NCBI GenBank assembly: GCA_963663235.2
Contig: CAXXNO010000004.1
Coordinates: 224,001-288,000 of the forward strand
Reading direction: 5' to 3'
Source: Dehalococcoidia bacterium
GTDB taxonomy: Bacteria; Chloroflexota; Dehalococcoidia; Bin125
DNA: 64,000 nucleotides
In this document: positions 17,850-31,718 of the stretch, piece after piece
How the letters are laid out: each line of letters begins with the position of its first letter
Numbering within the stretch: the stretch's first letter is position 1
Notes under the pieces: model-generated
Seen by the model: the letters and a program-made list of their open reading frames with translations, nothing else
Databases searched by the model: none
What the model was told of the DNA's origin: nothing
Translations under genes and position numbers: made by a program

Positions 17850-19094
17850 TCACTCAGCGGCGCAGCGGAAGCCATCCAAGCTGGGCTGCGCCAGCGCCCG
17901 CACGTCGTCCGGGCTGAGGGATTGTAGGACGAACGATCGTCCGGTGTCCTGGCAATACCAGGCGAAGACGCCCAGTTGCCCGCTGACGCCGGGAAAGGCC
18001 ACGTCGACGATGACTGCGCGGCCGGATACGCCGGCGTTGAGTGCCAGATCGCTGCGCTCCACCTCGGTGAAGTCGGTCGCGGCTCCCTGAAGGCCGGCGA
18101 CCACGATGCTCACCGCCTCCTCGGGGTCGAAGAACTCCGCATTCACTGTCTCCCAGCGGAGCAGGAACTCCAGGATGCCGTCCGGCGTCCGCTGCTCGAA
18201 GAGGCCGAGATCGAACGTGGGCAGGGGCGTGCCCAACTCCGAGGTGACGGAGGTGGCATTGTAGGGGAAGAGGAACCCAAACCTCGATCCGTAGAGCCCC
18301 GGGCGGCTGGGCGGAATGGCGCGCGCGATGAAGGAATCCTGCGCGCGTTGGAGGTCCGTATCCAGGAGGCCAAACTCGTCGGAGGCCGCGCCGGCCTCGA
18401 CGAAGTAGCCGAGGGGGCCCACCTGCACGATCAGCGATCGCACGCGCAAGAGATCGCCGCCGGATCCCCGAGCGTCGACCTCCCACTCCAGGAGCAGGCC
18501 CGGCGTTTGCCCGTCCGACGCCAGGACCGTCGTGCGGCGGTCTGTCACGGCGAAGGAGGGGTTGGCGCCGCGGCGGTCGAGCCATTCCGCCTCCAACCCG
18601 TTCAGCCCCGGGTCCAACCCGAGCGACTCCGGGTCGAGCACGGAGATGTCGATGAAGGCGCGTCCGCTATTGGAGACGAAGACCACACGGTCCACGCCGT
18701 TCGTCGTCACGTCGCAGAAAGCGCCGCAGACCAGCTCCAGACTGAAGCCGTAGGTGTCGTTCAAGTAGCGGCGGAGGATGTCCTCGGCGAGATCCAAGTC
18801 TCCCAGGTCGTTGGGATCGTCGGCGGGGAAGGCCGGCTCTTGCTCTTCCGCGGGGGCAGCATCCGCGGGGGCGTCCGTTTCGGCGGGCGTGGGAGGCTCG
18901 ATCTCCTCGGAGGGCTGGACCGTCTCGGCGACAGGCGCGCGGATGAACGCGTCCGCGTCGATGCCCGTGTCGGGGTCGCCGCCGCAGGCCACGAGGCCGA
19001 GGGCGAGGAGCAGGAGCGCTCCCCCCAGCGCGCCTGCCGGCCGAGGACCGGCCGAGCGCCAGCGACCCCGCCATCGATTCCACAGCCACGTCAT
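17850..19094 (-). CDS. Lipoprotein, possibly with PsbP-like domains
   Basis: Lipobox LVAC, Pro/Glu linker, YxNDTYGFSL motif; start uncertain. Confidence 0.7.
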   Translation of the reverse strand: MTWLWNRWRGRWRSAGPRPAGALGGALLLLALGLVACGGDPDTGIDADAFIRAPVAETVQPSEEIEPPTPAETDAPADAAPAEEQEPAFPADDPNDLGDLDLAEDILRRYLNDTYGFSLELVCGAFCDVTTNGVDRVVFVSNSGRAFIDISVLDPESLGLDPGLNGLEAEWLDRRGANPSFAVTDRRTTVLASDGQTPGLLLEWEVDARGSGGDLLRVRSLIVQVGPLGYFVEAGAASDEFGLLDTDLQRAQDSFIARAIPPSRPGLYGSRFGFLFPYNATSVTSELGTPLPTFDLGLFEQRTPDGILEFLLRWETVNAEFFDPEEAVSIVVAGLQGAATDFTEVERSDLALNAGVSGRAVIVDVAFPGVSGQLGVFAWYCQDTGRSFVLQSLSPDDVRALAQPSLDGFRCAAE

Positions 19095-19222
19095 CGCCTC
19101 GCCCCTTCGTCGCGCCCTACCCGCACGGTTCATCTTAGAGGGCTCCGGAACGGGGTAGCGGCCACGTCGATTGACCGACGCGGGGCCCCCTCCGTAGGCT
19201 GAGTCCCCGCAACGGGAGAACC

Positions 19223-19741
19223 ATGAGCGACGACCTGCGCGCATTAATCCGCGACATTCCCGACTTCCCGCAGCCCGGCGTGCTGTTCCGGGACATCACA
19301 CCGCTGCTGCGTCAAGGTCCCGCGTTCCAACACGTGATCGACTGGCTGGTCCGGCTCTACCAGGACGAGAACCTGGACGCGGTGGTGGGGATCGAATCGC
19401 GCGGGTTCCTGTTCGGTGCGCCGTTGGCGGACCGGCTGGGGATCGGCCTGACGCCGGTCCGCAAGCCGGGAAAGCTGCCGGCCGACCGGTACATGGAGGA
19501 GTATGCGCTGGAGTACGGGAGCGGCGTGCTGGAGATACATCGCGACGCGCTCAAGGATGGGGAGCGGGTGGTGATCGTGGACGATCTCCTGGCGACGGGC
19601 GGCACCGCCGCGGCGGCGGCGAAGCTAGTGGAGCGGACCGGCGCGCACGTCGTTGCGCTGGCGTTCCTCATCGAGCTGAGCGACCTGAAAGGGCGCACGC
19701 GGCTGCCCCACTACCGGATCGACGTGCTGCTGCCGTACTAG
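19223..19741 (+). CDS. apt: Adenine phosphoribosyltransferase
   Basis: IPDFPQPGVLFRDIT, ESRGF and VDDLLATGGT. Confidence 0.97.
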   Translation: MSDDLRALIRDIPDFPQPGVLFRDITPLLRQGPAFQHVIDWLVRLYQDENLDAVVGIESRGFLFGAPLADRLGIGLTPVRKPGKLPADRYMEEYALEYGSGVLEIHRDALKDGERVVIVDDLLATGGTAAAAAKLVERTGAHVVALAFLIELSDLKGRTRLPHYRIDVLLPY

Positions 19742-19785
19742 CACGGGCCTGCCCGTAGCGCGCCCGGGCTGCCCGAGCGGCCATC

Positions 19786-19815
19786 TTGACGAGGCCAAAC
19801 GCCCCCCCATACGGT
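19786..19815 (+). promoter_or_regulatory. Putative promoter of the SAM operon
   Basis: TTGACG, 18-nt spacer, TACGGT just upstream of the riboswitch. Confidence 0.5.
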
Positions 19816-19836
19816 ATTTGAGCGAAACGGCCTAAG

Positions 19837-19948
19837 TTCTCATCAAGAGTGGTGGAGGGACCGGCCCGACGAAGCCCAGCAACCGGCCGGCATGGAGCAA
19901 AGCCGGAACGGTGCCAAATCCGGCAGACGCGAGTCTGAAAGATGCGAG
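19837..19948 (+). ncRNA. SAM-I (S-box) riboswitch
   Basis: CTCATCAAGAG-TGGTGGAGGGA-CCGGCCC-GACGAAGCCCAGCAACC...GGTGCCAAATCC...GAAAGATG consensus, upstream of Met/SAM genes. Confidence 0.93.
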
Positions 19949-19991
19949 CGGTGCGCGGGCGTTCCCGATCACCGCGGAGCGCCTGAAATCA

Positions 19992-21057
<1,066 letters not shown>

Positions 21058-21065
<8 letters not shown>

Positions 21066-21926
21066 GCCGACCGCGCAAGTGGCGGTGATCGGCGGATCCG
21101 GCTTTTACGACCTGGCCGACTTGGTTGAGCGCGAGAGCTGGACACCGGAGACGCCGTTCGGCCCGACCAGCGATCCCGTGGTGGTGGGAACGCTGCACAG
21201 GAAGCGGGTGGCCTTCCTGCCCCGGCACGGCAGCGGCCACGTGTTGCTGCCGCAGGAGATCCCCGTGCGCGCCAACCTGTGGGCGCTCAAAGCGATGGGG
21301 GTGCAGGGGATCATCGCGGTCAGCGCCGTGGGGTCGCTGCGGGAGGAGATTGCGCCGCTGGACATGGTGGCGCCGGACCAGATCATCGACCGGACGCGGC
21401 ACACGCGGCCGACCAGCTTCTTCGGCAGCGGTGTGGTAGCGCACGTGGGCTTCGCCGACCCGTTCTGCCCGGACCTGAGCACTCGATTGGTGCAGGCGGG
21501 CCGCGCGCTGGGCCAGACCGTGCACCAAGGCGGCACCTACGTGTGTATAGAAGGGCCGCTGTTCTCGACGCGGGCGGAGTCACAGTTGTACCGCTCCTGG
21601 GGAGCGGCGGTGATCGGGATGACGGCGATCCCGGAGGCGAAGCTGGCGCGGGAGGCGGAGATCGCCTACGCCATGCTGGCCACGGCCACCGACTACGATG
21701 TCTGGCATGAGAGCGCCGCCGACGTGAGCGCCGACCTGGTGGTCGAAACCCTGCGTAAGAACGTAGATACGGCGCGGCAGATCGTCGCGGCGGTGATCCG
21801 GGATCTGCCGGAGGACTGGCGCAGCAGCGCGGCGGGCGCGCTGGCGGGCGCGATCGTGACAGATCCCGCGCGCATTCCAGCGAAAGCGAAGCAGGACCTG
21901 GCGCCGATCATCGGAGCGTACGTGTC

Positions 21927-21930
<4 letters not shown>
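21058..21930 (+). CDS. mtnP: S-methyl-5'-thioadenosine phosphorylase
   Basis: IGGSG, FLPRHG, EGPLFSTRAES, IGMTAIPEAKLARE and TDYDVW. Confidence 0.93.
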
Positions 21931-24112
<2,182 letters not shown>

Positions 24113-24122
24113 AGGCATAGCG

Positions 24123-25334
24123 ATGACCACGACCTTCACCAGCGCGAGCTCGCTGCTGTTGACATCGGAATCCGTCACGGAGGGGCATCCCGACAAGCTC
24201 TGCGACCAGATCTCGGACGCCGTGCTGGACGCTTGTTTGACGGAGGACCCCAACTCGCGGGTGGCGTGCGAAACGTCCGTGACGACCGGCTTGGTTCTGG
24301 TCTTCGGCGAGATCACGACGCACGCCCGTCTGGATATCCCGCGGATCGCGCGCGAGGTCATCCGCGAGATCGGCTATACGGACTCCGGCATCGGCTTCGA
24401 CGCCGACACCTGCGGCGTCACCGTGGCGATGGGGCGGCAATCGCCGGACATCAAGGAAGGCGTGGACCGGTCGATTGAGGTGCGCGAGGAGGAGGGGGCG
24501 GTCGACCGATTCGACCGCCAGGGCGCCGGTGACCAGGGCATGATGATCGGTTTCGCGTGCAACGAAACGCCGGAGCTGATGCCGCTGACTATCTCGCTGG
24601 CGCATCGGCTGACGCAGCGCCTGGCAACAGTGCGGCGTGACGGAGAGATCCCCTATCTGCGGCCGGACGGCAAGTCGCAAGTGACGGTGGAGTACGCCTA
24701 CGGGATCCCCAAGCGCGTGGCGGCCGTGGTGGTGTCCGCGCATCACGACGGCGGGATCAATATCGAGCAGATCAAGCAGGACATCCATCACGCCGTGATC
24801 GAGCACGCGATCCCGGCGGAGTTGATGGACGAGGGGACGCATCGCTACGTGAACCCGGCGGGCCGCTTTGTCCGCGGCGGGCCGATGGCGGACGCGGGGC
24901 TGACGGGGCGCAAGATTATTGTGGATACGTATGGGGGCATTGCGCGCCACGGGGGCGGGGCGTTCTCGGGCAAGGACCCGTCCAAGGTGGATCGGTCGGG
25001 CTCCTACGCCGCGCGCTGGGTGGCGAAGAACGTTGTGGCGGCCGGCCTGGCGGAGCGCGTGGAGGTGCAAATCTCCTACGCCATTGGGGTCGCGCGCCCG
25101 ACGTCCGTGGCGATCGAGACGTTCGGCAGCGCGGCGATCGATGAGAACCGCATCACCGAACTGATTAACGAGCACTTCGACCTGCGGCCGGCGGCGATCG
25201 TGGACGCGCTGCGGTTGCTGCGGCCGATCTACCGCCAGACGGCGGCCTACGGCCACTTCGGCCGGGAGGACCTGGACCTGCCGTGGGAGAGCACGACCGT
25301 GGCGGAATCCCTGCGTCGGGCGGCCGGGGGGTAG
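24123..25334 (+). CDS. metK: S-adenosylmethionine synthetase
   Basis: [17 protein letters not shown] and [16 protein letters not shown]. Confidence 0.98.
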   Translation: MTTTFTSASSLLLTSESVTEGHPDKLCDQISDAVLDACLTEDPNSRVACETSVTTGLVLVFGEITTHARLDIPRIAREVIREIGYTDSGIGFDADTCGVTVAMGRQSPDIKEGVDRSIEVREEEGAVDRFDRQGAGDQGMMIGFACNETPELMPLTISLAHRLTQRLATVRRDGEIPYLRPDGKSQVTVEYAYGIPKRVAAVVVSAHHDGGINIEQIKQDIHHAVIEHAIPAELMDEGTHRYVNPAGRFVRGGPMADAGLTGRKIIVDTYGGIARHGGGAFSGKDPSKVDRSGSYAARWVAKNVVAAGLAERVEVQISYAIGVARPTSVAIETFGSAAIDENRITELINEHFDLRPAAIVDALRLLRPIYRQTAAYGHFGREDLDLPWESTTVAESLRRAAGG

Positions 25335-25368
25335 AGCGCCGGCGCTCCGCTGCTCCGCGCTGGGTATT

Positions 25369-25770
25369 CTAGCGCTTGGTGTACTGAGGCGCCTTGCGGG
25401 CGCGCTTGAGCCCGTACTTCTTGCGTTCCTTCATGCGGGAATCGCGGGTGAGGAGGCCGGCCTTCTTCAGCGGCGGGCGCAAGGACTCATCCGAGGCGGT
25501 GAGGGCGCGGGCGATGCCGTGCCGAATGGCGCCGGCCCAGCCGCTGGTGCCGCCGCCCGCGCACTTGATCTGGGCGCTGAACTTGCCTTGGGTACCGGTG
25601 ACCACGAAGGGTTCCTCGATCTGCTGGCGGTGGATCTGCCGCGCGAAGAGCGATTCAGCGGGCTTGCCGTTGACCACGATGGCGCCCTCACCGGGGTAGA
25701 GACGCACACGCGCCACGGCGTCCTTGCGCCGGCCGGTGCCGTAGTAATAAAAGTGCCCGCCCGTGGTCAT
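25369..25770 (-). CDS. rpsI: 30S ribosomal protein S9
   Basis: GTGRRK and [19 protein letters not shown]. Confidence 0.98.
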   Translation of the reverse strand: MTTGGHFYYYGTGRRKDAVARVRLYPGEGAIVVNGKPAESLFARQIHRQQIEEPFVVTGTQGKFSAQIKCAGGGTSGWAGAIRHGIARALTASDESLRPPLKKAGLLTRDSRMKERKKYGLKRARKAPQYTKR

Positions 25771-26210
25771 GCGTCCGCTCCTTCAGTTGTGGGCGTCGCC
25801 GGCATCTGTCCGGCGTGGGGATGATCGGGGCCAGCGTAGACCCGCAGGTGCCGATACTGACCCCGGCCCAAGCGGGTCTTGGGCAGCATGCCACGCACCG
25901 CCTTCTCGATCACGCGCTCTGGATGCGAGGCCAGCAGGTCCCGGAGGCGGATCTCCCGCAAGTTGCCGGGATACCCCGAGTGACGATAGTAGCGCTTCTG
26001 GTCCAGCTTGCGGCCGGTCACGGCGACGCTGGCAGCGTTGACGACGACGACATAGTCCCCGACGTCCAGATGCGGCGAGAAGGTGGGCTTGTGCTTGCCG
26101 CGCAAGAGCGTGGCGACCTCGGTGGCGACGCGGCCCAGGGGGCGGCCGGTGGCGTCGATCACGTGCCAGGTCCGTTGGATATCAGCCTGGCGTCCAACAT
26201 ATGTCTTCAT
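25767..26210 (-). CDS. rplM: 50S ribosomal protein L13
   Basis: WHVIDA..LGR..LRGKHKP and HSGYPG. Confidence 0.97.
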   Translation of the reverse strand: MKTYVGRQADIQRTWHVIDATGRPLGRVATEVATLLRGKHKPTFSPHLDVGDYVVVVNAASVAVTGRKLDQKRYYRHSGYPGNLREIRLRDLLASHPERVIEKAVRGMLPKTRLGRGQYRHLRVYAGPDHPHAGQMPATPTTEGADA

Positions 26211-26985
26211 CGTCTTCGTCCCAGCCCTCCAACTCCGCCAGATCGTAGCGCACCCGGACAAGATACAGTCCTTGCGGCGGCGCGGCGGGCCCGGCTGCAC
26301 CGGTGCGGGGCTCTGCTAAGAGCCGCGCGATGATCGCGGGATCGGCCCGTCCCCGGCCCACCGCCAGCATCTGGCCCACCATGCGGCGGACCTGGTGGGG
26401 GAGGAAGCTGGGGGCCCGAAAGCGAAAGCCGACCCCGTGGCTGCTCTCCCATAGCGACGCCTCCCGGAGCGTTCGCGCCGTCCCCGGGCGGGAGGGCCGG
26501 CCGGCGAAGGCGGCGAAGTCGTGCTCCCCCTCCAACTGCGCGAGCGCCTGCCTCATCGCATCGTAATCGAGCGGGCCGGGGATGGCCCAAGCGCCGCCCT
26601 CCCACATCGGCTGTCGCTCCGGCGCCAAGCGCACGAGGTAGCGATAGATCCGCTCCTGGGCGCAGCGCCGGGGATCGAACGCCAGCGGCACTTGGCGCGC
26701 GGCCTGCACGGCGGCGGCCGGGGGCAGGAAATGATTGAGGCCCCGGACCCACCGCTCCGGCGGCAGGGTGGCGGTGGTCGTGATCGCGGCCACCTGCCCC
26801 AGTGCATGGACGCCGGCGTCCGTGCGGCCCGCAAGATCGACCCGGCGCCAGCAGCCGGTGAGCGCGGCGGCCGCGCTTTCCAAGGCGTCCTGGACGGTTG
26901 GGGCGTTTGGTTGTCGCTGGGAGCCGGCAAAGGCCGCGCCGTGGTACTGGAGGCGCAGCGCAATCCGCTGCGGGGATGTGCCCAC
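26182..26985 (-). CDS. truA: tRNA pseudouridine synthase A
   Basis: [25 protein letters not shown] and APPQGL. Confidence 0.95.
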   Translation of the reverse strand: MGTSPQRIALRLQYHGAAFAGSQRQPNAPTVQDALESAAAALTGCWRRVDLAGRTDAGVHALGQVAAITTTATLPPERWVRGLNHFLPPAAAVQAARQVPLAFDPRRCAQERIYRYLVRLAPERQPMWEGGAWAIPGPLDYDAMRQALAQLEGEHDFAAFAGRPSRPGTARTLREASLWESSHGVGFRFRAPSFLPHQVRRMVGQMLAVGRGRADPAIIARLLAEPRTGAAGPAAPPQGLYLVRVRYDLAELEGWDEDDEDICWTPG

Positions 26986-26993
26986 CGTGGGGC

Positions 26994-27404
26994 TCAGGAC
27001 GCCTCCTTTCCGCCGAGCTCGGTTGTCTCCTCCTGCGGCCCAGGCTCGAGCCCTTCCACCAGCTCGATCTGGGCCATGTGCGCGCCGTCGCCCACGCGGG
27101 GGCCCAACTTGGTGATGCGGGTGTAGCCGCCGGGCCGGTCTTGATAGCGCGGGGCGATATCGTCGAAGAGGCGCCGGACGATCTTGGGGTCTTGGAGCAG
27201 GGCGTGCGCCTGGCGGCGGGCATGCAGATCGCCGCGCTTGCCCAGCCCGATCACGCGTTCCGCGAAGGGGCGCAGCTCCTTGGCTTTGGCCTCCGTGGTC
27301 ACGATCCGTTCGTGGCGAAGGAGTTCCATGGCCTGATTGCGCGCGAGCGCCTTGCGATGAGCGGCGGTCCGCCCGAGGGCGCGGCCGGTGCGTCGGTGTC
27401 GCAG
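26994..27404 (-). CDS. rplQ: 50S ribosomal protein L17 (CTG start)
   Basis: AAGGAG-6nt-CTG CGA CAC gives [19 protein letters not shown]; TTEAKAKE and RPGGYTRI. Confidence 0.93.
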   Translation of the reverse strand: MRHRRTGRALGRTAAHRKALARNQAMELLRHERIVTTEAKAKELRPFAERVIGLGKRGDLHARRQAHALLQDPKIVRRLFDDIAPRYQDRPGGYTRITKLGPRVGDGAHMAQIELVEGLEPGPQEETTELGGKEAS

Positions 27405-27407
27405 CGG

Positions 27408-28529
27408 TTACTCCTTGCCCAGCGTGTCGGACTCCTGGCCGGCCTCGCGCAAGGCGTCGAGGAGGGCGGAGCCAAGCGAGCTGATCTCTTCGTTTTCCTC
27501 TTCGCGCGCGACCTCGGCGGGGGCTTCTTCGCCGGCGGCCGCCGGGTAGGGCGCGGCGTCGGCGGCGGCGGCGACCGTCTCGGGGCGGTGGCCGCGGGCC
27601 TCATCCTCGGCGACGAAGCCCAGTTCGCGCAGCCGATCCATGAGCTCGTAGAACGACTTATCGCCGAAGTTGCGCAGGGCCAGGAGTTCTTCGTCGCTCT
27701 TCTCGAGGACTTGCCCGACGGTCATGAGCCCACTGCGTTTGAGGCAGTTGTAGGCGCGGACCGAGAGATTCAGCTCCTCGATGGACGTGTTGTAGCGTTC
27801 CGGCGACATGCCCAGCGTCTCGGCGGCGCCGATCTCCTCGGCGGGCGGCGGTTGGCCGAGATGGATGAAGAGGCTCATCTCGCTCTGGATGACCTGCGCG
27901 GCGCTGTGGACGGCGTCGGAGCCGCTGATGGTGCCGTCGGTCCAGACTTCTAGGATGAGACGATCGAGGTCGCTGCGCTGGCCGACGCGGGTGGGCTGCA
28001 CGAGGTAGTTGACTTTGCGCACCGGGCTGAAGATGGCATCAACGGGGATGGCGCCGATGGGGAGGCCGTCGCCCTCGATGGCGGGGACGTAGCCGGTGCC
28101 CTGCTCGACGTCGAAGGTGGCGGTGAGCCGGGCTTTGGGCGTGTCCAAGGTGGCGATGTACAGGTCCGGGTTGACGATCTCGTAATCGCCGGGGACCTCG
28201 AGATCGCCGGCAGTGACGACGCGCGGCCCGGCGACGTCCAGGAAGAGCTTGGCCGGGCGGTCGGAGAGCGCGCGCAAGCGGATGCCGCGAATGTTCAGGA
28301 GTAATTCGGTGGTGTCTTCCCTGACATCGGGGATGGTGGAGAACTCGTGCTGCACTTGGTCGATCCGCACGGCCACGATGGCGGCCCCCGGCAGCGCGCT
28401 GAGGAGGACGCGGCGCAGGGCATTGCCGATGGTGGTGCCGAAGCCGTGTTTGAGGGGCTCCACCACCAGGCGGGTGTACACGTCGGTGGAGTCTTCGATC
28501 TCCAACCGCGGGAGTTCTTGGTCCGACAT
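27408..28529 (-). CDS. rpoA: RNA polymerase alpha subunit
   Basis: GFGTTIGNALRRVLLS, HEFSTI and LNLSVRAYNCLKR; acidic tail. Confidence 0.97.
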   Translation of the reverse strand: MSDQELPRLEIEDSTDVYTRLVVEPLKHGFGTTIGNALRRVLLSALPGAAIVAVRIDQVQHEFSTIPDVREDTTELLLNIRGIRLRALSDRPAKLFLDVAGPRVVTAGDLEVPGDYEIVNPDLYIATLDTPKARLTATFDVEQGTGYVPAIEGDGLPIGAIPVDAIFSPVRKVNYLVQPTRVGQRSDLDRLILEVWTDGTISGSDAVHSAAQVIQSEMSLFIHLGQPPPAEEIGAAETLGMSPERYNTSIEELNLSVRAYNCLKRSGLMTVGQVLEKSDEELLALRNFGDKSFYELMDRLRELGFVAEDEARGHRPETVAAAADAAPYPAAAGEEAPAEVAREEENEEISSLGSALLDALREAGQESDTLGKE

Positions 28530-28569
28530 CACGATCAAGGGTTCCTCCTGGACGGGATCTGGTAGCGCG

Positions 28570-29196
28570 CTAGCGGGAGTAGTACTCCACGATGGCGCTC
28601 TCGTTGAAGCGGGCGTCCACCTCATCGGGGGTGGGGAGCGCCACGACCTCGCCTTCCAGCGTGGACGGGTCCACGCTCAGCCATGCGGGCACCTCGCGTC
28701 CGCCCTGCCACTCTTTGACCATGGTGAAGAAGGTGGTCTTGCGGCCGCGCTCGGTCCAGCCGATGCGATCGCCGATGCGCAATTCCACGGAGGGCACGTC
28801 GGTGGTGCGGCCGTTGAGGGTCATGTGGCGATGGAGGACGACCTGCCGGGCCTGGGCGCGGGACTCTGCGAGACCCAAGCGGTAGACCACGTTGTCCAAG
28901 CGCCGCTCCAGCATCTGGATGAGGATCTCGCCGGTGACTCCGGGGCGGCGGGTGGCCTCGCGGTAGAGCCGGCGGAACTGGCGCTCCAAGAGGCCGTAGG
29001 TCTGCCGCGCCTTCTGTTTCTCGCGCAGCTGGAGCCCCCGGTCCGACATCTTGCGCCGCCGCGGGGAGCGCTGGCCGGGTGGATTGGGGCGGCGCTCGAT
29101 GGCGCACTTGGGCGTGAAGCAGCGCTCGCCTTTGAGGAAGAGCTTCTCCCCGCTGCGACGGCAGAGGCGGCAGACGGGGCCGGTGTAGCGGGCCAT
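28570..29196 (-). CDS. rpsD: 30S ribosomal protein S4 (Zn-motif type)
   Basis: MARYTGPVCRLCRR, LERRLDN and IVEYYSR. Confidence 0.98.
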   Translation of the reverse strand: MARYTGPVCRLCRRSGEKLFLKGERCFTPKCAIERRPNPPGQRSPRRRKMSDRGLQLREKQKARQTYGLLERQFRRLYREATRRPGVTGEILIQMLERRLDNVVYRLGLAESRAQARQVVLHRHMTLNGRTTDVPSVELRIGDRIGWTERGRKTTFFTMVKEWQGGREVPAWLSVDPSTLEGEVVALPTPDEVDARFNESAIVEYYSR

Positions 29197-29209
29197 TTGC
29201 GATCCTTCG

Positions 29210-29605
29210 CTAGACGCGGCGCCGCTTGGGAGGGCGGCAGCCGTTGTGTGGGATGGGCGTGCGATCGCGGATGCTGGTGAGGGTGAGGCCCACGCCCTGC
29301 AACGCGCGGACGGCGGCCTCGCGGCCGCTGCCGGGACCCTTGACGTAGACGTCCACTTCCCGCAGGCCGTGGTCCATGGCCTTGCGGGCGGCGCGCTCGG
29401 CGGCGATCTGGGCGGCGTAGGGCGTGCTCTTGCGCGAGCCTTTGGTGCCGGCGCTGCCGGCGCTGCCCCAGGCCAGCGCGTTGCCCTGGGGATCCGTGAA
29501 GGTGATCAGGGTGTTGTTGAACGTGGACTGGATGTATACCCGGCCGCGGGGCACGTTCTTGCGCTCCCGCCGCCGGGTCCGCTTGGACGCTTTGCGATCT
29601 GCCAT
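29210..29605 (-). CDS. rpsK: 30S ribosomal protein S11
   Basis: STFNNT and [13 protein letters not shown]. Confidence 0.98.
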   Translation of the reverse strand: MADRKASKRTRRRERKNVPRGRVYIQSTFNNTLITFTDPQGNALAWGSAGSAGTKGSRKSTPYAAQIAAERAARKAMDHGLREVDVYVKGPGSGREAAVRALQGVGLTLTSIRDRTPIPHNGCRPPKRRRV

Positions 29606-29619
29606 TCGTGCGCCGCCCC

Positions 29620-30000
29620 CTACTTCCGGATCGCCTTGCGCCGACCGGCCACGGTCTTGCGGGAGCCGCGGCGGGTCCGCGCGTTGGTGCGCGTGCGCTG
29701 GCCGTGCGCCGGCAGGTTGCGCCGGTGGCGCTGGCCACGGTAACAGTTGATATCGATCAGGCGCTGGATGTTCTGCCGGACCTGGCGGCGCAAATCGCCC
29801 TCGACCATGTAGTCGCGGTCGATCACTTCGCGGATGCGGGTCATCTCGACGTCGCCGAGTTCGTGGACGCGGGCCTCGGGGTTGATCCGGGTCTTGTCCA
29901 GGATCAGGCGGGCGCGGGTGGAGCCGATGCCGTGGATGTAGCGCAGGGCGAACTCCACGCGCTTGTTGTCAGGGATATCGACGCCGGAGATGCGAGCCAT
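29620..30000 (-). CDS. rpsM: 30S ribosomal protein S13
   Basis: [10 protein letters not shown] and [11 protein letters not shown]. Confidence 0.98.
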   Translation of the reverse strand: MARISGVDIPDNKRVEFALRYIHGIGSTRARLILDKTRINPEARVHELGDVEMTRIREVIDRDYMVEGDLRRQVRQNIQRLIDINCYRGQRHRRNLPAHGQRTRTNARTRRGSRKTVAGRRKAIRK

Positions 30001-30010
30001 CGATGCTTGC

Positions 30011-30280
30011 CTAGCTCTTGAACCGGTAGGTGATGCGGCCGCGGGTGAGATCGTACTCGGAGAGTTCCACGAGTACGCGGTCGCCGGGGAGGATCTTGAT
30101 GAAATGCTTGCGGATCTTGCCGGAGACATGCGCCAGGACTTTGTGATCGTTGGCCAGCTCAACGCGGAACATGGCGTTGGGCAGGGCCTCGCGCACGAGC
30201 CCTTCGACTTCGATCTTGTCTTGTTTGGGGGCCGGCTGGGGCCGGGCCTGAGCGCGTCCGCGTGCGGGTGATCGGGCCAT
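30011..30280 (-). CDS. infA: Translation initiation factor IF-1 (N-terminal extension)
   Basis: [35 protein letters not shown]. Confidence 0.96.
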   Translation of the reverse strand: MARSPARGRAQARPQPAPKQDKIEVEGLVREALPNAMFRVELANDHKVLAHVSGKIRKHFIKILPGDRVLVELSEYDLTRGRITYRFKS

Positions 30281-30294
30281 GCGGTTCTCTTCTT

Positions 30295-31065
30295 TCAGTT
30301 CACCAGGGTGAGGACGTCCGCGGGGCCATCGCGCAGCGCCAGGGTGTGCTCGAAATGAGCACATAGCGTACCGTCGGAGGTGGAGACGGTCCAGCCGTCG
30401 TCCGCGACGACGGTTTCCGGGCTGCCCATGGTGACCATGGGCTCCAAGGCCACCACCATACCGCGGCGCATCTGCATGCCGGTCCCGGCGTTGCCGAAGT
30501 TGGGCATCTGGGGCGGCTCATGCATATCGCGGCCCACGCCGTGGCCCACATAATTGCGGACGATTCCGTATCCGCCCGTCTCAATCACCTCCTGGATGGC
30601 GGCGCCGATATCGCCCTTGCGGACACCGGCGCGGGCCGCGTGGATCCCGGCCCAGAGGGCTTCGTGCGTGACATCGATCAGCCGCTGCGCCTCGCGCGCG
30701 AGAGCGCCGCAGCCGACGGTGATGGCGGCGTCGCCGACGAACCCGTCGACGGTGGCGCCGAGATCGATGGAGATGACATCGCCCTCGTTGAGGATACGCC
30801 GCTGGGGGATTCCGTGGACGAGCTGTTCGTTTACGGAGACACAGACCACATCCGGGTAGCCCTGATAGCCCTTGAAGGTGGGGGTCACGCCGAGTTGGGC
30901 GAACTTGCGGACGACGAAGGTGTTGAGGGCGCGGACGTCGGAGCCGGGGCGCACCATGTCCGCCAGTTCGCTCAGGGTCTCGCCGACGACGCGCCCGGCG
31001 CGGCGCATGACGTCGATCTCGGCGTCGCTCTTGATGATCACTTGCGCTTCCCGCTCGACGATCAT
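30295..31065 (-). CDS. map: Methionine aminopeptidase type I
   Basis: [26 protein letters not shown] and AHFEHT. Confidence 0.96.
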   Translation of the reverse strand: MIVEREAQVIIKSDAEIDVMRRAGRVVGETLSELADMVRPGSDVRALNTFVVRKFAQLGVTPTFKGYQGYPDVVCVSVNEQLVHGIPQRRILNEGDVISIDLGATVDGFVGDAAITVGCGALAREAQRLIDVTHEALWAGIHAARAGVRKGDIGAAIQEVIETGGYGIVRNYVGHGVGRDMHEPPQMPNFGNAGTGMQMRRGMVVALEPMVTMGSPETVVADDGWTVSTSDGTLCAHFEHTLALRDGPADVLTLVN

Positions 31066-31715
31066 GCGGAGACGGCCTCCAGCGCCGCCAGCAGATCCCG
31101 GCTCACTTCGCGCGGGCCTTGCTCGCCATTCACGCGCACCAGCTTGGCGACGCGCTGGTAGTAGGCGATGAGCGGCACGGTCTGCTCGCGATAAACCTGG
31201 AGGCGATGCTTGACGGCGCTGGGTTTGTCGTCGTCCCGCTGGCTGAGGGGGTGGCCGCAGCGGTCGCAGTGGCCGTCCACGCGGGACGGGTTGGTGGCCT
31301 CGTGGTAGATGGCGCCGCAGTCGGGGCAGGACCATCGCCCGCTCAGCCGCCGGAGGAGCTCGGCCTCGCCCACGCCGATCATCAACACCTTCTCCACCTG
31401 CCGTCCACGCTGCGCCAGCGCGTCATCCAGTGCCTGCGCCTGTTTGATGGTTCGGGGGAACCCGTCCAGCGTAGCACCCCCGGCCGCGTCCGGGCGGCCG
31501 ATGCGCTCCAGCAGCATGGCGATGGTCAGGTCATCCGGGACCAAGGCGCCGGCCTCTATGGAGGAGCGCGCCTGCTTGCCGAGGTCGGTGCCGCGGCGGA
31601 CGTTATCGCGGAACATCTCGCCGCTGGCGACGTGGACCAGACCGGCCGTTTCGGCAAGCAGCGCCGCCTGCGTTCCTTTTCCTGCGCCCGGCGGCCCGAG
31701 CAAGATCACATACAT
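31062..31715 (-). CDS. adk: Adenylate kinase (Zn-lid type)
   Basis: GPPGAGKGTQ, DGFPRT and CPDC..CDRC lid. Confidence 0.97.
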   Translation of the reverse strand: MYVILLGPPGAGKGTQAALLAETAGLVHVASGEMFRDNVRRGTDLGKQARSSIEAGALVPDDLTIAMLLERIGRPDAAGGATLDGFPRTIKQAQALDDALAQRGRQVEKVLMIGVGEAELLRRLSGRWSCPDCGAIYHEATNPSRVDGHCDRCGHPLSQRDDDKPSAVKHRLQVYREQTVPLIAYYQRVAKLVRVNGEQGPREVSRDLLAALEAVSA

Positions 31716-31718
31716 GGG

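Noticed and set aside
19911-19991. N-terminal extension of mtnA in the ORF track
   Set aside because: Overlaps the SAM-I aptamer and leader; TTG 19992 is the more plausible start.
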